A DNA stretch of 64,000 nucleotides. Source: Bacilli bacterium. GTDB lineage: Bacteria; Bacillota_I; Bacilli_A; RFN20; CAG-826. The notes under the pieces were generated by a model. It was not told the origin of the DNA. It ran no database searches and saw nothing but the letters and a program-made list of their open reading frames with translations. Of this stretch, positions 34,169 to 47,339 are shown piece after piece. The position numbers were made by a program, and so were the translations under genes. The stretch is taken from positions 397,713 through 461,712 of the forward strand of contig JBMNLM010000001.1 in assembly GCA_050952805.1 (NCBI GenBank), read 5' to 3'. Position 1 is the first letter of the stretch. The number at the start of each line of letters is the position of its first letter.

Positions 34169-35827
34169 CTATTCAACCCCAACAATGAAACTATAAACGG
34201 GTTGATTACCCATGACTAGATCAATATCAATTTCTTCGTATTTTTCTTCTAATTCTTCTTGAAGTTCTTCAGCCTCTTCTTTACTAATATCTTCTCCGCA
34301 AATTAGCGTAATAATTGAAGACATATCATCAACCATGTGCTCAATTAGAATTCGAAGAGCTTCAAATTTATCTTTAACGGAACAAACAATTTCTTTGTCG
34401 TTTAAGCCCATGTAATAGTCTTTTTTAACTTCGATGCCATCAATTGTCGTATCTTTAATCGCAAAAGTAACTTGACCAGTTTTAACTGTCGAAAGGGCAT
34501 CATTCATGTCTTCTAAAAGATCTTCAAGTTCACCTTCAGGATTAAAGTTCATGATAGCAACTAAACCTTGCATGATCGTTTTACTTGGAATGATATGAAC
34601 TTTTACGTCTTCATTTTCCGCATTAACGATTTCTGCAGCTTGATTAGCAGTTAAGACAATATTTGAGTTATTTGGGAAAATGAAAACATTATGTGCATTA
34701 ACTTTTTTAATCGCTTCAATAAAGTGTTCAGCGGCAGGATTCATCGTTTGTCCGCCCTTAACAACATAATCTACGCGATACTTCTTAAATAGTTCTTCTA
34801 GACCATCACCACTAGCAACAGTAATAAGCGCATATTCTTTTTTCTCATCACTAGCATGAGCATGGCCATTTCCGTTTTCAAACATTAAGTGATTGTGTTG
34901 TTCACTCATGTTTTCAATTTTTAAAGAAATGAATTCGCCAAATTGTTGGGCATAATTTAGCGTATTACCTGGTTTTAGCGTATGAATGTGAACTTTTAGG
35001 ATTTCTTCGTCTTTTACCATGACGATTGAATTACCTTGAGAGTTAAGAACACTAGCAAAACGTTTTTCATGGAATGGGCGCTTGTTTTCCTTATCTAAAC
35101 GAAGAATAAATTCCGTACAATAGCCGTATTCTTCTCCTTCAACTCCAGTTTCAATGCCTGCAAATGGTTTTGCTTCTTGTTCTTCAAAAGCTGTAGCTTG
35201 CTTTTTAACGATAATTTCACCAACTAAGCCGCTATACATACCTTCAAAAATCGTAACTAAACCTGCGCCGCCACTATCAACAACACCAACTTCTTTTAAA
35301 ACAGGGAGAAGGTCAGGTGTTCTTTCTAGTGAATCGCGAGCTTCATCAAGTAAAAATTCAAAAGCTTTTTCAATCGTCCAATCAGGACGTGCTTTTTCTA
35401 GAAGCGCATTTGAAGATTCTCTAATTACAGTAAGAATCGTTCCTTCAACTGGGCGCATGACCGCTTTATAAGCAACTTCACTACCACTAACCATTGCCTC
35501 GGCTAGTTCAACAGCATTAATTTTATCTTTATTTTCTAAAGCATTAGCAAAGCCGCGGAAAATTTGACTCGTAATAACGCCAGAATTTCCTCTTGCCCCC
35601 ATAAGGAGACCTTGGCTAAATGCTTTAGCGATTTGATAAATATTTGTATCATTTCGGTTTGCAATTTCTTTTGCTCCACTTGAAACTGTTAAGTTCATGT
35701 TCATCCCTGTATCACCATCTGGGACAGGGAAAACGTTAAGAGCATCAATTGCAGGATAATTGTTATATAAGTTATTAGCTCCGGATATGAACATTTCTTT
35801 TAATGTTAAGCCATTTAATTCTTTCAT
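34169..35827 (-). CDS. fakA: DAK2-domain fatty-acid kinase subunit FakA (YloV)
   Basis: 552 aa with the N-terminal Dak2 domain (DGDTGMNM) and a C-terminal FakA domain. Conserved yloU-yloV pairing with the upstream Asp23 gene. Confidence 0.8.
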   Translation of the reverse strand: MKELNGLTLKEMFISGANNLYNNYPAIDALNVFPVPDGDTGMNMNLTVSSGAKEIANRNDTNIYQIAKAFSQGLLMGARGNSGVITSQIFRGFANALENKDKINAVELAEAMVSGSEVAYKAVMRPVEGTILTVIRESSNALLEKARPDWTIEKAFEFLLDEARDSLERTPDLLPVLKEVGVVDSGGAGLVTIFEGMYSGLVGEIIVKKQATAFEEQEAKPFAGIETGVEGEEYGYCTEFILRLDKENKRPFHEKRFASVLNSQGNSIVMVKDEEILKVHIHTLKPGNTLNYAQQFGEFISLKIENMSEQHNHLMFENGNGHAHASDEKKEYALITVASGDGLEELFKKYRVDYVVKGGQTMNPAAEHFIEAIKKVNAHNVFIFPNNSNIVLTANQAAEIVNAENEDVKVHIIPSKTIMQGLVAIMNFNPEGELEDLLEDMNDALSTVKTGQVTFAIKDTTIDGIEVKKDYYMGLNDKEIVCSVKDKFEALRILIEHMVDDMSSIITLICGEDISKEEAEELQEELEEKYEEIDIDLVMGNQPVYSFIVGVE

Positions 35828-35839
35828 AACCTTACACTC

Positions 35840-36196
35840 CTACATCACTTTCACACCTTGGATGTAAACGTTAATCGCACGAAATTTTACATCAAAGGTT
35901 TTTTCTAATTCATATTTAACCTGTTCTTGAACGCCACCAATAATCTCGGTAAGTTTTAATCCGTAAGCAACGATAACATAGACATCAACATTCCAGCCTT
36001 GTCTTGTTTCGTTTGCAATTACGCCTTTACTAAACATTTTTGGATCTAGTAAATATTGGAGGCCGCGGCCTTCTCTGTTGCGGTGAGATAGCGAAACGAC
36101 ACCATAACAATTTAGTGCAGCTTCAGCGGCGACATCTTCAATTGCTTTGGCAGAAACTTCCATACCGCCAAAAGGTGTTTTGTTATCTTTGGCCAT
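35840..36196 (-). CDS. Asp23/Gls24 family alkaline-shock protein (YloU-like)
   Basis: 118 aa matching the Asp23/DUF322 family. ATG at 36194-36196 with RBS GGAGG. Confidence 0.8.
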   Translation of the reverse strand: MAKDNKTPFGGMEVSAKAIEDVAAEAALNCYGVVSLSHRNREGRGLQYLLDPKMFSKGVIANETRQGWNVDVYVIVAYGLKLTEIIGGVQEQVKYELEKTFDVKFRAINVYIQGVKVM

Positions 36197-36235
36197 TGCC
36201 TTACCTCCACTTTTAGGTATTTATACCTAAACGTT

Positions 36236-36263
36236 ATTATACTTATTTTCTTTCGTTTTGCAA
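36236..36263 (-). promoter_or_regulatory. Sigma-A-type promoter of asp23-fakA
   Basis: Minus-strand -35 TTGCAA (36258-36263), a 16-nt spacer and -10 TATAAT (rc of 36236-36241). Confidence 0.5.
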
Positions 36264-36300
36264 CTTGCACACATTTAATAAGCACCAAATTGTTAGATAT

Positions 36301-36350
36301 AAATTGTATAAAACAGTGCATTTTTGCTGCTAAACACTGCAAAAACGCAC
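36301..36350 (-). terminator. Rho-independent terminator ending the rRNA operon plus PH-domain gene transcript
   Basis: 12-bp stem GTGCATTTTTGC / GCAAAAACGCAC (one mismatch) at 36316-36350, immediately after the stop at 36351. T-rich tail on the minus strand. Confidence 0.5.
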
Positions 36351-36824
36351 TTATTTTGTTTTTTCTACTTTAGCGACATATAAACTCTCGCTTAGATTTT
36401 CGCTAAGTTTACTAAATACTTCATCAAAATTTTTAAGCGGGAAAATTAGATGGATTTTATTCTTACTTGTAAGTATTGTAAGCGTGTCTAATTTAAAAAA
36501 TGGTCCTAAATATCGCGGGTACTTTCCGACTTGAAGAACCTCATCATAACTTAGTTCAATTTTCTTTTTACCTTTAAAAATAACAACTTTTTCTTTATCA
36601 AATTCAAGAAGCGTTTTTGGTTTACAAAGAAAACTAATTAAAAGGTATATGGGATAACCGACAAGCAATATCGTTACGACTAAAATAATGATCCCGTCTG
36701 TTACATTCTTTTCTTTTGTAATTGAAAAAAGAATCGCTGCAAAAAGAGCAGCTAAAACAATTGAAGCAACTAAATAAATTACAATCTTCCAAATAACTTT
36801 TTTATCTTTTACAGCACTTTGCAT
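36351..36824 (-). CDS. Membrane-anchored bacterial PH-domain (YdbS/YdbT-like) protein, hypothetical
   Basis: 157 aa with two N-terminal TM helices followed by a beta-rich domain. Its ATG at 36822-36824 is only 27 nt downstream of the 5S 3' end. Confidence 0.45.
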   Translation of the reverse strand: MQSAVKDKKVIWKIVIYLVASIVLAALFAAILFSITKEKNVTDGIIILVVTILLVGYPIYLLISFLCKPKTLLEFDKEKVVIFKGKKKIELSYDEVLQVGKYPRYLGPFFKLDTLTILTSKNKIHLIFPLKNFDEVFSKLSENLSESLYVAKVEKTK

Positions 36825-36851
36825 ACTCTAATTATAATATAAAAAAAGTTT

Positions 36852-36957
36852 GGCAACTTGCTATTTTCCCCGAAACGGATATCTTCGCCGCTACTGTGCT
36901 TAACTTCTGTGTTCGAGATGGGAACAGGTGTGTCCACAGCGCCATCGTCACCAAACC
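36852..36957 (-). rRNA. rrf: 5S ribosomal RNA
   Basis: The reverse complement begins GGTTTGGTGACGATGGCG...CCCATCTCGAACACAGAAGTTAAGC, which matches the conserved 5S sequence. Confidence 0.85.
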
Positions 36958-37045
36958 ATTTTGAGCCTTATTCGCTCAAAACTAAATACTATCTTAACAT
37001 GTCTTTCTAAAAATTAATAGTTAATTTTCGCATATATTAACGAAG

Positions 37046-39933
<2,888 letters not shown>

Positions 39934-40225
39934 TTTCTTTATTTGTTGTTAATAAATGCGTTTAATAAAATCAACTTGGTAATTTTTGTTTGTCTCAATC
40001 GCTTTCTTAGTAAAAAAAACGACTTAAACAGAAAGAACATGTTTTTTTATAGTATTTAGTTTTCAAAGAACAAGGTTTTGAGCAACTTAATCGCTCAAAA
40101 CTAAACAGATATACGAACGTCTAATACGAATTAGCATTAGTTTCTTTTTAAAGACGTATTCTAAGAAAACGTCTAGGTTTTTGTTTGTACAATTGTTTGG
40201 ATATTTTTCCAAACGGTTTCTCCAT

Positions 40226-41783
<1,558 letters not shown>

Positions 41784-41907
41784 TTATTTTCCTAGTTCAT
41801 ATTTTTTGTTAAAACAAATTGACGTTATTTTGTTGTACATCTGTTTAGTTTTCAAAGATCAAGTTTATTACGTAGTAATAATAGTGCGCTTGGTAAAGCG
41901 CTTTTAT

Positions 41908-41936
41908 AGGTTATCATTATGTTAGTAGCGTGTCAA
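41908..41936 (-). promoter_or_regulatory. Candidate rRNA operon promoter
   Basis: Minus-strand TTGACA (rc of 41931-41936) with a weak -10 TAACCT 17 nt downstream. Low confidence, and other AT-rich candidates exist in 41784-42120. Confidence 0.2.
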
Positions 41937-42172
41937 GCGATTTTTTTAAGAATTTACGCTTTCTATCTAACTTTTTTAACCTTGGTCGTACACGGATTTT
42001 TCCGTACACTTGCAATATTAAACCACAACTAACTTATATAGACAAGAGAAAAAGCTTAAAAATTTAAAATAAGTGGATAAATTAAACAAATTATTATAAA
42101 TATTGCTAGTTCCAAGGTTAAAAAAAAGCAAGTGCGTTCGTCACTTGCTTTATTATTAGTTTAATTTTTAAG

Positions 42173-42802
42173 TTATTGGGCAGGCGTGTAAACCATAGTA
42201 AGCTTTTCTATTCTTACTAATTCATTTGCTTCATACGTTTCTCCGTAGAGTTCAAGCATGTACCCATACTTATTATATATAGTATAGGTAATTTCATAGT
42301 TTCCAGTTTCTTTATCGACAGGAGGTTCAACTTTAAAATTTTCACTAGGATTACTTATATAGAAGTTAACTCCTGCAGCTTTTTCTTCGGTGCCATAGGA
42401 ACCTAAATCTTTAAATTCCTTGTCAACGCTATTTGCCATAATAAAAGTAAGAAGACTTCTTTCGGCCTCGGTTCCAAGGTTTCGTGATTCATCTTTTGAG
42501 GATCGAGTAATTTTTTCGGTTTCGCTAAGCTTAGTTTTCTTATAAGTAGTAAGTTCGATTTCGTAATATTCTTCTAAATCTTCGCGTAGAGCCGCTGTTG
42601 CGAGTGCTTTTTCTTTAAATTCTGAATAACTTACTAGAAAATAATCTTCTTTTTGTTCTTCTTCTGAAGGAGTTTCTGTGGGAATTTCTGTTTCATGTTG
42701 AGTATCGTCGCTTACAACTTCAGATTTATCGTTTTTATTTGTACAACCTGCTAATAAAGCAACTAGAGATAGAGCAGTAAAAAGTTTTGTAATTTTTTTC
42801 AT
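42173..42802 (-). CDS. Lipoprotein of unknown function
   Basis: 209 aa. N-terminus MKKITKLFTALSLVALLAGC with a lipobox. Acidic, low-complexity mature N-terminus. Confidence 0.55.
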   Translation of the reverse strand: MKKITKLFTALSLVALLAGCTNKNDKSEVVSDDTQHETEIPTETPSEEEQKEDYFLVSYSEFKEKALATAALREDLEEYYEIELTTYKKTKLSETEKITRSSKDESRNLGTEAERSLLTFIMANSVDKEFKDLGSYGTEEKAAGVNFYISNPSENFKVEPPVDKETGNYEITYTIYNKYGYMLELYGETYEANELVRIEKLTMVYTPAQ

Positions 42803-42925
42803 ATATATATTTCCTTCTTTTTGATGATTCTATAATACTAATAATATTCGGTATTGAAAATAGTAAATACTAGGAATTTCGCATGTAGCGCTACGTAATA
42901 TTCTTAAATAGTAGTTTATTACAAA

Positions 42926-42958
42926 GAAAAATAGCGACCAATTAGGCCGCTATTTTGG
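42926..42958 (-). terminator. Rho-independent terminator after tpiA
   Basis: 9-bp stem AAAATAGCG / CGCTATTTT with an 11-nt loop, followed by a T-rich tract on the minus strand. Confidence 0.45.
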
Positions 42959-42968
42959 AAGGTTTTTC

Positions 42969-43721
42969 TTACATATTTTCGATAAGTTGTTTATAACTTT
43001 CGACTGAAAGCGAGGCGCCACCAACAAGAGCACCATCAATATTTTCCATCGTTAAATATTCATGGATGTTGTGAGGTTTAACGCTTCCGCCGTAGAGAAT
43101 ACGAAGTTTATCTGCACTTTCTTTACTATATAGTTTAGCGATAATACTTCGAATATATGCACATACGTCTTCAGCAATTTCTTTACTAGCGTTTTTACCA
43201 GTTCCAATTGACCAAACAGGTTCATAAGCAATAACGAGTTTATCAAGGTCTTTTTCTTCAATATCTTTTAAACCTTCAATAACTTGTTCTTCAACAACAA
43301 TTTTACTAATTCCTTTTTCAAATTGCTCAAGCGTTTCGCCAACGCAATAAAGAGCGCCTAGTTTAGCTTCAAATAACCGTTTAATTTTCTTATTACAAGA
43401 TTCATTAGTTTCGTTGTAGTAAGTTCTTCTTTCACTATGGCCGACTAGACACATTGAAATCGGTAAATCTAAAAGCATTGGAACACTAACTTCGCCAGTG
43501 TAAGCGCCACTATCTAGATAATGGCAGTTTTGTGCTCCTAATATTAAGTCTTTGTTTTCTTTAGCGACTACTTCTATAGCAAGAAACGGCGCAGTTACGC
43601 CAATATCAACATTTTTTTCTTTTGCGAGTTTGGTAAGTTCTTTACTTTCGCGAGCAAAAGCTTCCGCTTCCGCGCGCGTTTTGTTCATTTTCCAGTTACC
43701 AATTAATAATTTCTTACGCAT
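42969..43721 (-). CDS. tpiA: Triosephosphate isomerase
   Basis: MRKKLLIGNWKMNKT start at ATG 43719-43721, 1 nt after the pgk stop. Catalytic AYEPVWSIGTGK region. The ORF-track extension to 43766 overlaps pgk and is unlikely. Confidence 0.9.
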   Translation of the reverse strand: MRKKLLIGNWKMNKTRAEAEAFARESKELTKLAKEKNVDIGVTAPFLAIEVVAKENKDLILGAQNCHYLDSGAYTGEVSVPMLLDLPISMCLVGHSERRTYYNETNESCNKKIKRLFEAKLGALYCVGETLEQFEKGISKIVVEEQVIEGLKDIEEKDLDKLVIAYEPVWSIGTGKNASKEIAEDVCAYIRSIIAKLYSKESADKLRILYGGSVKPHNIHEYLTMENIDGALVGGASLSVESYKQLIENM

Positions 43722-43722
43722 A

Positions 43723-44931
43723 TTATCCAATGACATCGATTCCAGGTAAATGACCGTCGTTTTCAATCATTTCTAAGCTTGCTCCGCCTCCGGTTGAGAC
43801 GTGAGAGAACTTATCTTTATAGCCAAATTCTGCAGCGGCTGCGGCACTATCGCCACCACCAATAACGCTAAAGCAATCTTCTAATTCGGTAATTGCTTTA
43901 CAAACAGCAATTGTTCCTGCTTGGAAATCACTTTGTTCAAAAACGCCCATTGGTCCATTCCAAAAGACCATTTTTGCGCCTTGAAGTTCTTTTGTGAAAA
44001 GTTCAATTGTTTTTGGACCAATGTCCATTCCTTCAAAGTCGCTAGGAATTTCATCGGTTACAATTTTTTCTGTCCAATCTTTAAAGCCGTTAGTGGCAAC
44101 GGAGTCTACAGGAAGAATAATTCTTCCATCAGCCTTTTTAAGACACATTCTTGCGTAATCTAGTTGATCATCTTCAACTGGAGAAATTCCAACGCCTTGG
44201 CCTAGAGCCTTTTTAAAGGTATACGCCATCGCGCCACCAATTAAAATCTTGTCGCATTTTTCGAGTAACTTATCAATAACTTTAATTTTGTCACTAACTT
44301 TTAAGCCACCAAGTACGGCAACGTATGGGCGATCAGTTTCAGAAACATCAACGCATCTACGTAAGTTTTCGACTTCTTTTTCAACTAAGAAACCAAGGGC
44401 GACTTCTTTGCCTTCTTCTTTTAAAATCGTTGGAACGCCAACTGTAGAAGCATGAGCCCGGTGAGCACTACCAAAGGCATCCATTACGAAAATATCAGCT
44501 AAACTTGCCCATTCGCGTGCAAGTTCTAAGTCGTTCTTTTCTTCGCCTTTTTCATAACGCGTATTTTGAAGAAGTAAAACTTCGCCAGGACCAATGAGTT
44601 CGACAAGTTTTTTAACCTTTTCGCCGCGCGTTACATCACTAAATGTTACTTTATCGCTACCAAGAAGTTCTTGAAGGCGAATAAAGACAGGTAACATTGA
44701 GTTCTTTTTCTTCGCGGCTTCAACTTCTTCTTCACTAAGTTTATGTTTAATTTTTCCAAGGTGAGAAAATAAGACTACTTTTGCGCCACCTTTTAAAAGA
44801 TATTTAATCGTTGGTAAGGCTTGAATAATTCGGTTGTCATCAGTAATAACATCACCTTTACGAGGAACGTTAAAATCACAACGAACTAAGACCGTTTTAT
44901 TTTTCACGTTTAAATCTTTTATTGTTTTCAT
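43723..44931 (-). CDS. pgk: Phosphoglycerate kinase
   Basis: 402 aa with RCDFNVP and GGGASLE motifs. gap-pgk-tpiA order. Confidence 0.9.
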   Translation of the reverse strand: MKTIKDLNVKNKTVLVRCDFNVPRKGDVITDDNRIIQALPTIKYLLKGGAKVVLFSHLGKIKHKLSEEEVEAAKKKNSMLPVFIRLQELLGSDKVTFSDVTRGEKVKKLVELIGPGEVLLLQNTRYEKGEEKNDLELAREWASLADIFVMDAFGSAHRAHASTVGVPTILKEEGKEVALGFLVEKEVENLRRCVDVSETDRPYVAVLGGLKVSDKIKVIDKLLEKCDKILIGGAMAYTFKKALGQGVGISPVEDDQLDYARMCLKKADGRIILPVDSVATNGFKDWTEKIVTDEIPSDFEGMDIGPKTIELFTKELQGAKMVFWNGPMGVFEQSDFQAGTIAVCKAITELEDCFSVIGGGDSAAAAAEFGYKDKFSHVSTGGGASLEMIENDGHLPGIDVIG

Positions 44932-44991
44932 ACTAAAAATCCCCTTTCTTTTTGTAAAAAAGCGCCCGGAGGCGCTTTTAAAATTTTATTG

Positions 44992-46017
44992 TTATTTATT
45001 TAGTTCTGCCATTAACTTGGCAAGACGGATAAATTGTGCCGTATAACTATATTCATTGTCATACCAGGCAACAACTTTAACGAGTTGTTTACCATCAACT
45101 TCAAGAACTCCCGTTTGTGTGGCATCAAAGATTCCACCTTCTGGACGTCCGATAATATCGGTACTTACGAGTTCTTCATCAGTATATCCTAAGATATCCT
45201 TAAGTTCGCCTTCGCTTGCTTTTTTCATTGCAGCGTTAACTTCTTCAACAGTAACTTTTTTCTTTAAGACTAGTGTTAAGTCTACTAAAGAACCATCAAG
45301 TACTGGGACACGAAGGGCACCACCATGAAGTTTTCCTTTAAGTTCTGGTAAAACTAGACCAATAGCTTTTGCAGCACCAGTTGTCGTTGGGACAATGTTT
45401 TGTGCGGCAGCACGGCCACGACGAATTTTACCTTTTTTCGGTAAGTCTAGCGTCGTTTGGTCATTTGTGTAGGCGTGAACGGTCGTCATATAACCAATTT
45501 CAATGCCAAATTCGTCGTTTAAGACTTTTGCGACTGGGGCTAAGCAGTTTGTCGTACAGCTTGCACCACTAATGACTAAGTCACCTTTTTCAAGTAAGTC
45601 ACTGTTTACACCATAGACAAAAGTATTTGTTTCTTTGTCGGCTGGGGCACTAATTAAGACACCACGAACACCTGGATCTAGGTGTACACTAGCGTCTTTT
45701 TTACCTTTAAATCGTCCAGTACATTCTAAAACGATTTCGACTCCGTATTCACTCCAGTCAATTTTGCTTGGGTCAGGTTGACCAATTACAGGAATTTCTC
45801 TTCCTTTGTAAACAATTGCATTTCCATCAGCGCTGACGCTAATGTCATCAACTGCAAAGCGACCATGAGCAGAGTCATATTTTAATAAATAAGCAAGGTT
45901 AGCGGCATCGGTTAAGTCGTTAATCGCGACTACTTCCATGCCTCCAACTTCTTCGATTCGACGAAAGGCTAATCTTCCAATTCGTCCAAATCCGTTAATT
46001 GCAACTTTAACTGACAT
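44992..46017 (-). CDS. gap: Glyceraldehyde-3-phosphate dehydrogenase
   Basis: INGFGRIGR NAD-binding motif and the catalytic SCTTNCLAP segment. RBS GGAGGA. Confidence 0.9.
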   Translation of the reverse strand: MSVKVAINGFGRIGRLAFRRIEEVGGMEVVAINDLTDAANLAYLLKYDSAHGRFAVDDISVSADGNAIVYKGREIPVIGQPDPSKIDWSEYGVEIVLECTGRFKGKKDASVHLDPGVRGVLISAPADKETNTFVYGVNSDLLEKGDLVISGASCTTNCLAPVAKVLNDEFGIEIGYMTTVHAYTNDQTTLDLPKKGKIRRGRAAAQNIVPTTTGAAKAIGLVLPELKGKLHGGALRVPVLDGSLVDLTLVLKKKVTVEEVNAAMKKASEGELKDILGYTDEELVSTDIIGRPEGGIFDATQTGVLEVDGKQLVKVVAWYDNEYSYTAQFIRLAKLMAELNK

Positions 46018-46146
46018 AAATGTCCTCCTTCTTTAATACGGTTATATTTTACACTATTTGATTATTTATTTATAGAAAAAACAACAAAAAAGATGATATA
46101 TCGCTCTTTTTTTACCGAATTGTTCAAAATTCCGTTTTTTACCTAT

Positions 46147-46164
46147 TGAATATCATGATATTCA
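46147..46164. promoter_or_regulatory. 18-bp perfect palindrome TGAATATCATGATATTCA, a candidate operator between the XRE gene and the gap operon
   Basis: Exact dyad symmetry, seen directly. It sits 5 nt downstream of the XRE stop and about 95 nt upstream of the putative gap -10 (TAAAAT, rc of 46046-46051). Confidence 0.4.
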
Positions 46165-46168
46165 GTAC

Positions 46169-46393
46169 TCATTCGGTAAAAAAATCAGTTATTTTTACGT
46201 CTAAAGCGTCCGCAAGACGATATAAAACTAATATTGAAGGATTTCTTCTGCCGTTTTCTAAGTCAGATATATAATTTCGATTCACACCAGCATCCAGCGA
46301 TAAGTTAAGTTGACTTACGCCTTGATCCTTGCGAATTTCTCGAATTTTTTTTCCTAATTTAAGTAATCTTTTTTCTTCATTCATTTTCTTCAA
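46169..46393 (-). CDS. XRE-family (Cro/C1-type) helix-turn-helix transcriptional regulator
   Basis: 74 aa. The LKLGKKIREIRKDQGVSQLNLSLDAGVNRNYISDLENGRRNPS region is a classic XRE HTH. It overlaps the whiA stop by 17 nt. Confidence 0.7.
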   Translation of the reverse strand: MKKMNEEKRLLKLGKKIREIRKDQGVSQLNLSLDAGVNRNYISDLENGRRNPSILVLYRLADALDVKITDFFTE

Positions 46394-47339
46394 GTGCTTT
46401 CTCTGCTAGTTGTCTTATTTTTATAAATAAGTGATTGATATTACTTTTAGTAACTGGGGGATCAAGATTTAGGCGTTCACTAAGAAGTTCAGCGAGTTCA
46501 CTCATCGTTGCATCTTCTCTTTCAAGGCGAAGTTCCATTAACGCGGCTAGTTTTTCATTGTCTTCAGGTTTATCGCCGTAATATTTTTTAACAATTTTTA
46601 TGTTTTCTATTTGTTTTTGACTACTTTTAACCGTTTTTGCATAATTTGCCTTATCACAAAGTAATACACGGTTTAGGGAATTTTGCATATCGCGTTCAAT
46701 ACGAATATTTTCAAAAAGAAGCGAGCTATTTACTGCGCCAATAAAAATAAGAAATTCACCAATTTGATTACTTTTTTTAAGATAAACGCAATATTTGTCG
46801 CGACGTTTTTGAATTTTTGGTGTGAAATTAGCTTTATCAAAGCGTTCAATTAGTTTTGCAAAACGTTTTGCAAGTGTTTCATTAGATGTCGTAATTTCAA
46901 GATGATAGTTCGTAGACTTTGGACTCGTTACTGAGCCTGAAGCAAGAAAAGCACCGGTTGCATAACCTGCCGCAGTATCATCACTATAAACAACTTTTCT
47001 AGGAATCGTTCCGTCCATAAACGAAAGCGATAAATCTTCAATAATTTCTCTAATCTTACTTCTTACGACAATTACAAATCGAGTCGATTTATTAAAGCGT
47101 TGATTAGTAAGATAGGTAAATGATACATCAGCATCATAAATTTCTTTTACAAGGTTAAAAATATACTTTGCAACTTTCGCATTATTTGTCTCTGCAAAGA
47201 GTAAATTCTCATTATTTCGCTTTGCAAAATAGCCACCAAATCGGAAAAACCCTGCTAAAAGGGCCTTTTTTCTAACAAGAGCATAGGGGGCATTAGCAGT
47301 GGCAATATCTTCTTTTACGTATTGAGTAAAGGTAATCAT
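46377..47339 (-). CDS. whiA: Sporulation/cell-division regulator WhiA (DNA-binding, LAGLIDADG-like plus HTH)
   Basis: 320 aa. Conserved rapZ-whiA pairing. C-terminal HTH. Confidence 0.85.
   Translation of the reverse strand: MITFTQYVKEDIATANAPYALVRKKALLAGFFRFGGYFAKRNNENLLFAETNNAKVAKYIFNLVKEIYDADVSFTYLTNQRFNKSTRFVIVVRSKIREIIEDLSLSFMDGTIPRKVVYSDDTAAGYATGAFLASGSVTSPKSTNYHLEITTSNETLAKRFAKLIERFDKANFTPKIQKRRDKYCVYLKKSNQIGEFLIFIGAVNSSLLFENIRIERDMQNSLNRVLLCDKANYAKTVKSSQKQIENIKIVKKYYGDKPEDNEKLAALMELRLEREDATMSELAELLSERLNLDPPVTKSNINHLFIKIRQLAEKALEENE

Noticed and set aside
36112-36342. 76-aa minus-strand ORF overlapping the asp23 start and promoter
   Set aside because: It overlaps the well-supported Asp23 gene and its promoter, has no RBS, and looks like a random ORF.
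39934-40225. tRNA genes in the 16S-23S spacer
   Set aside because: No cloverleaf-compatible sequence with a T-arm GTTCGA/ATCC motif is present in the 290-nt spacer, so the operon has a tRNA-less ITS.
46147-46164. The 18-bp palindrome as an intrinsic terminator for the XRE/whiA transcript
   Set aside because: It is a perfect palindrome with no loop, is A/T-rich (weak stem) and is not followed by a U-run on the minus strand. An operator interpretation is preferred.
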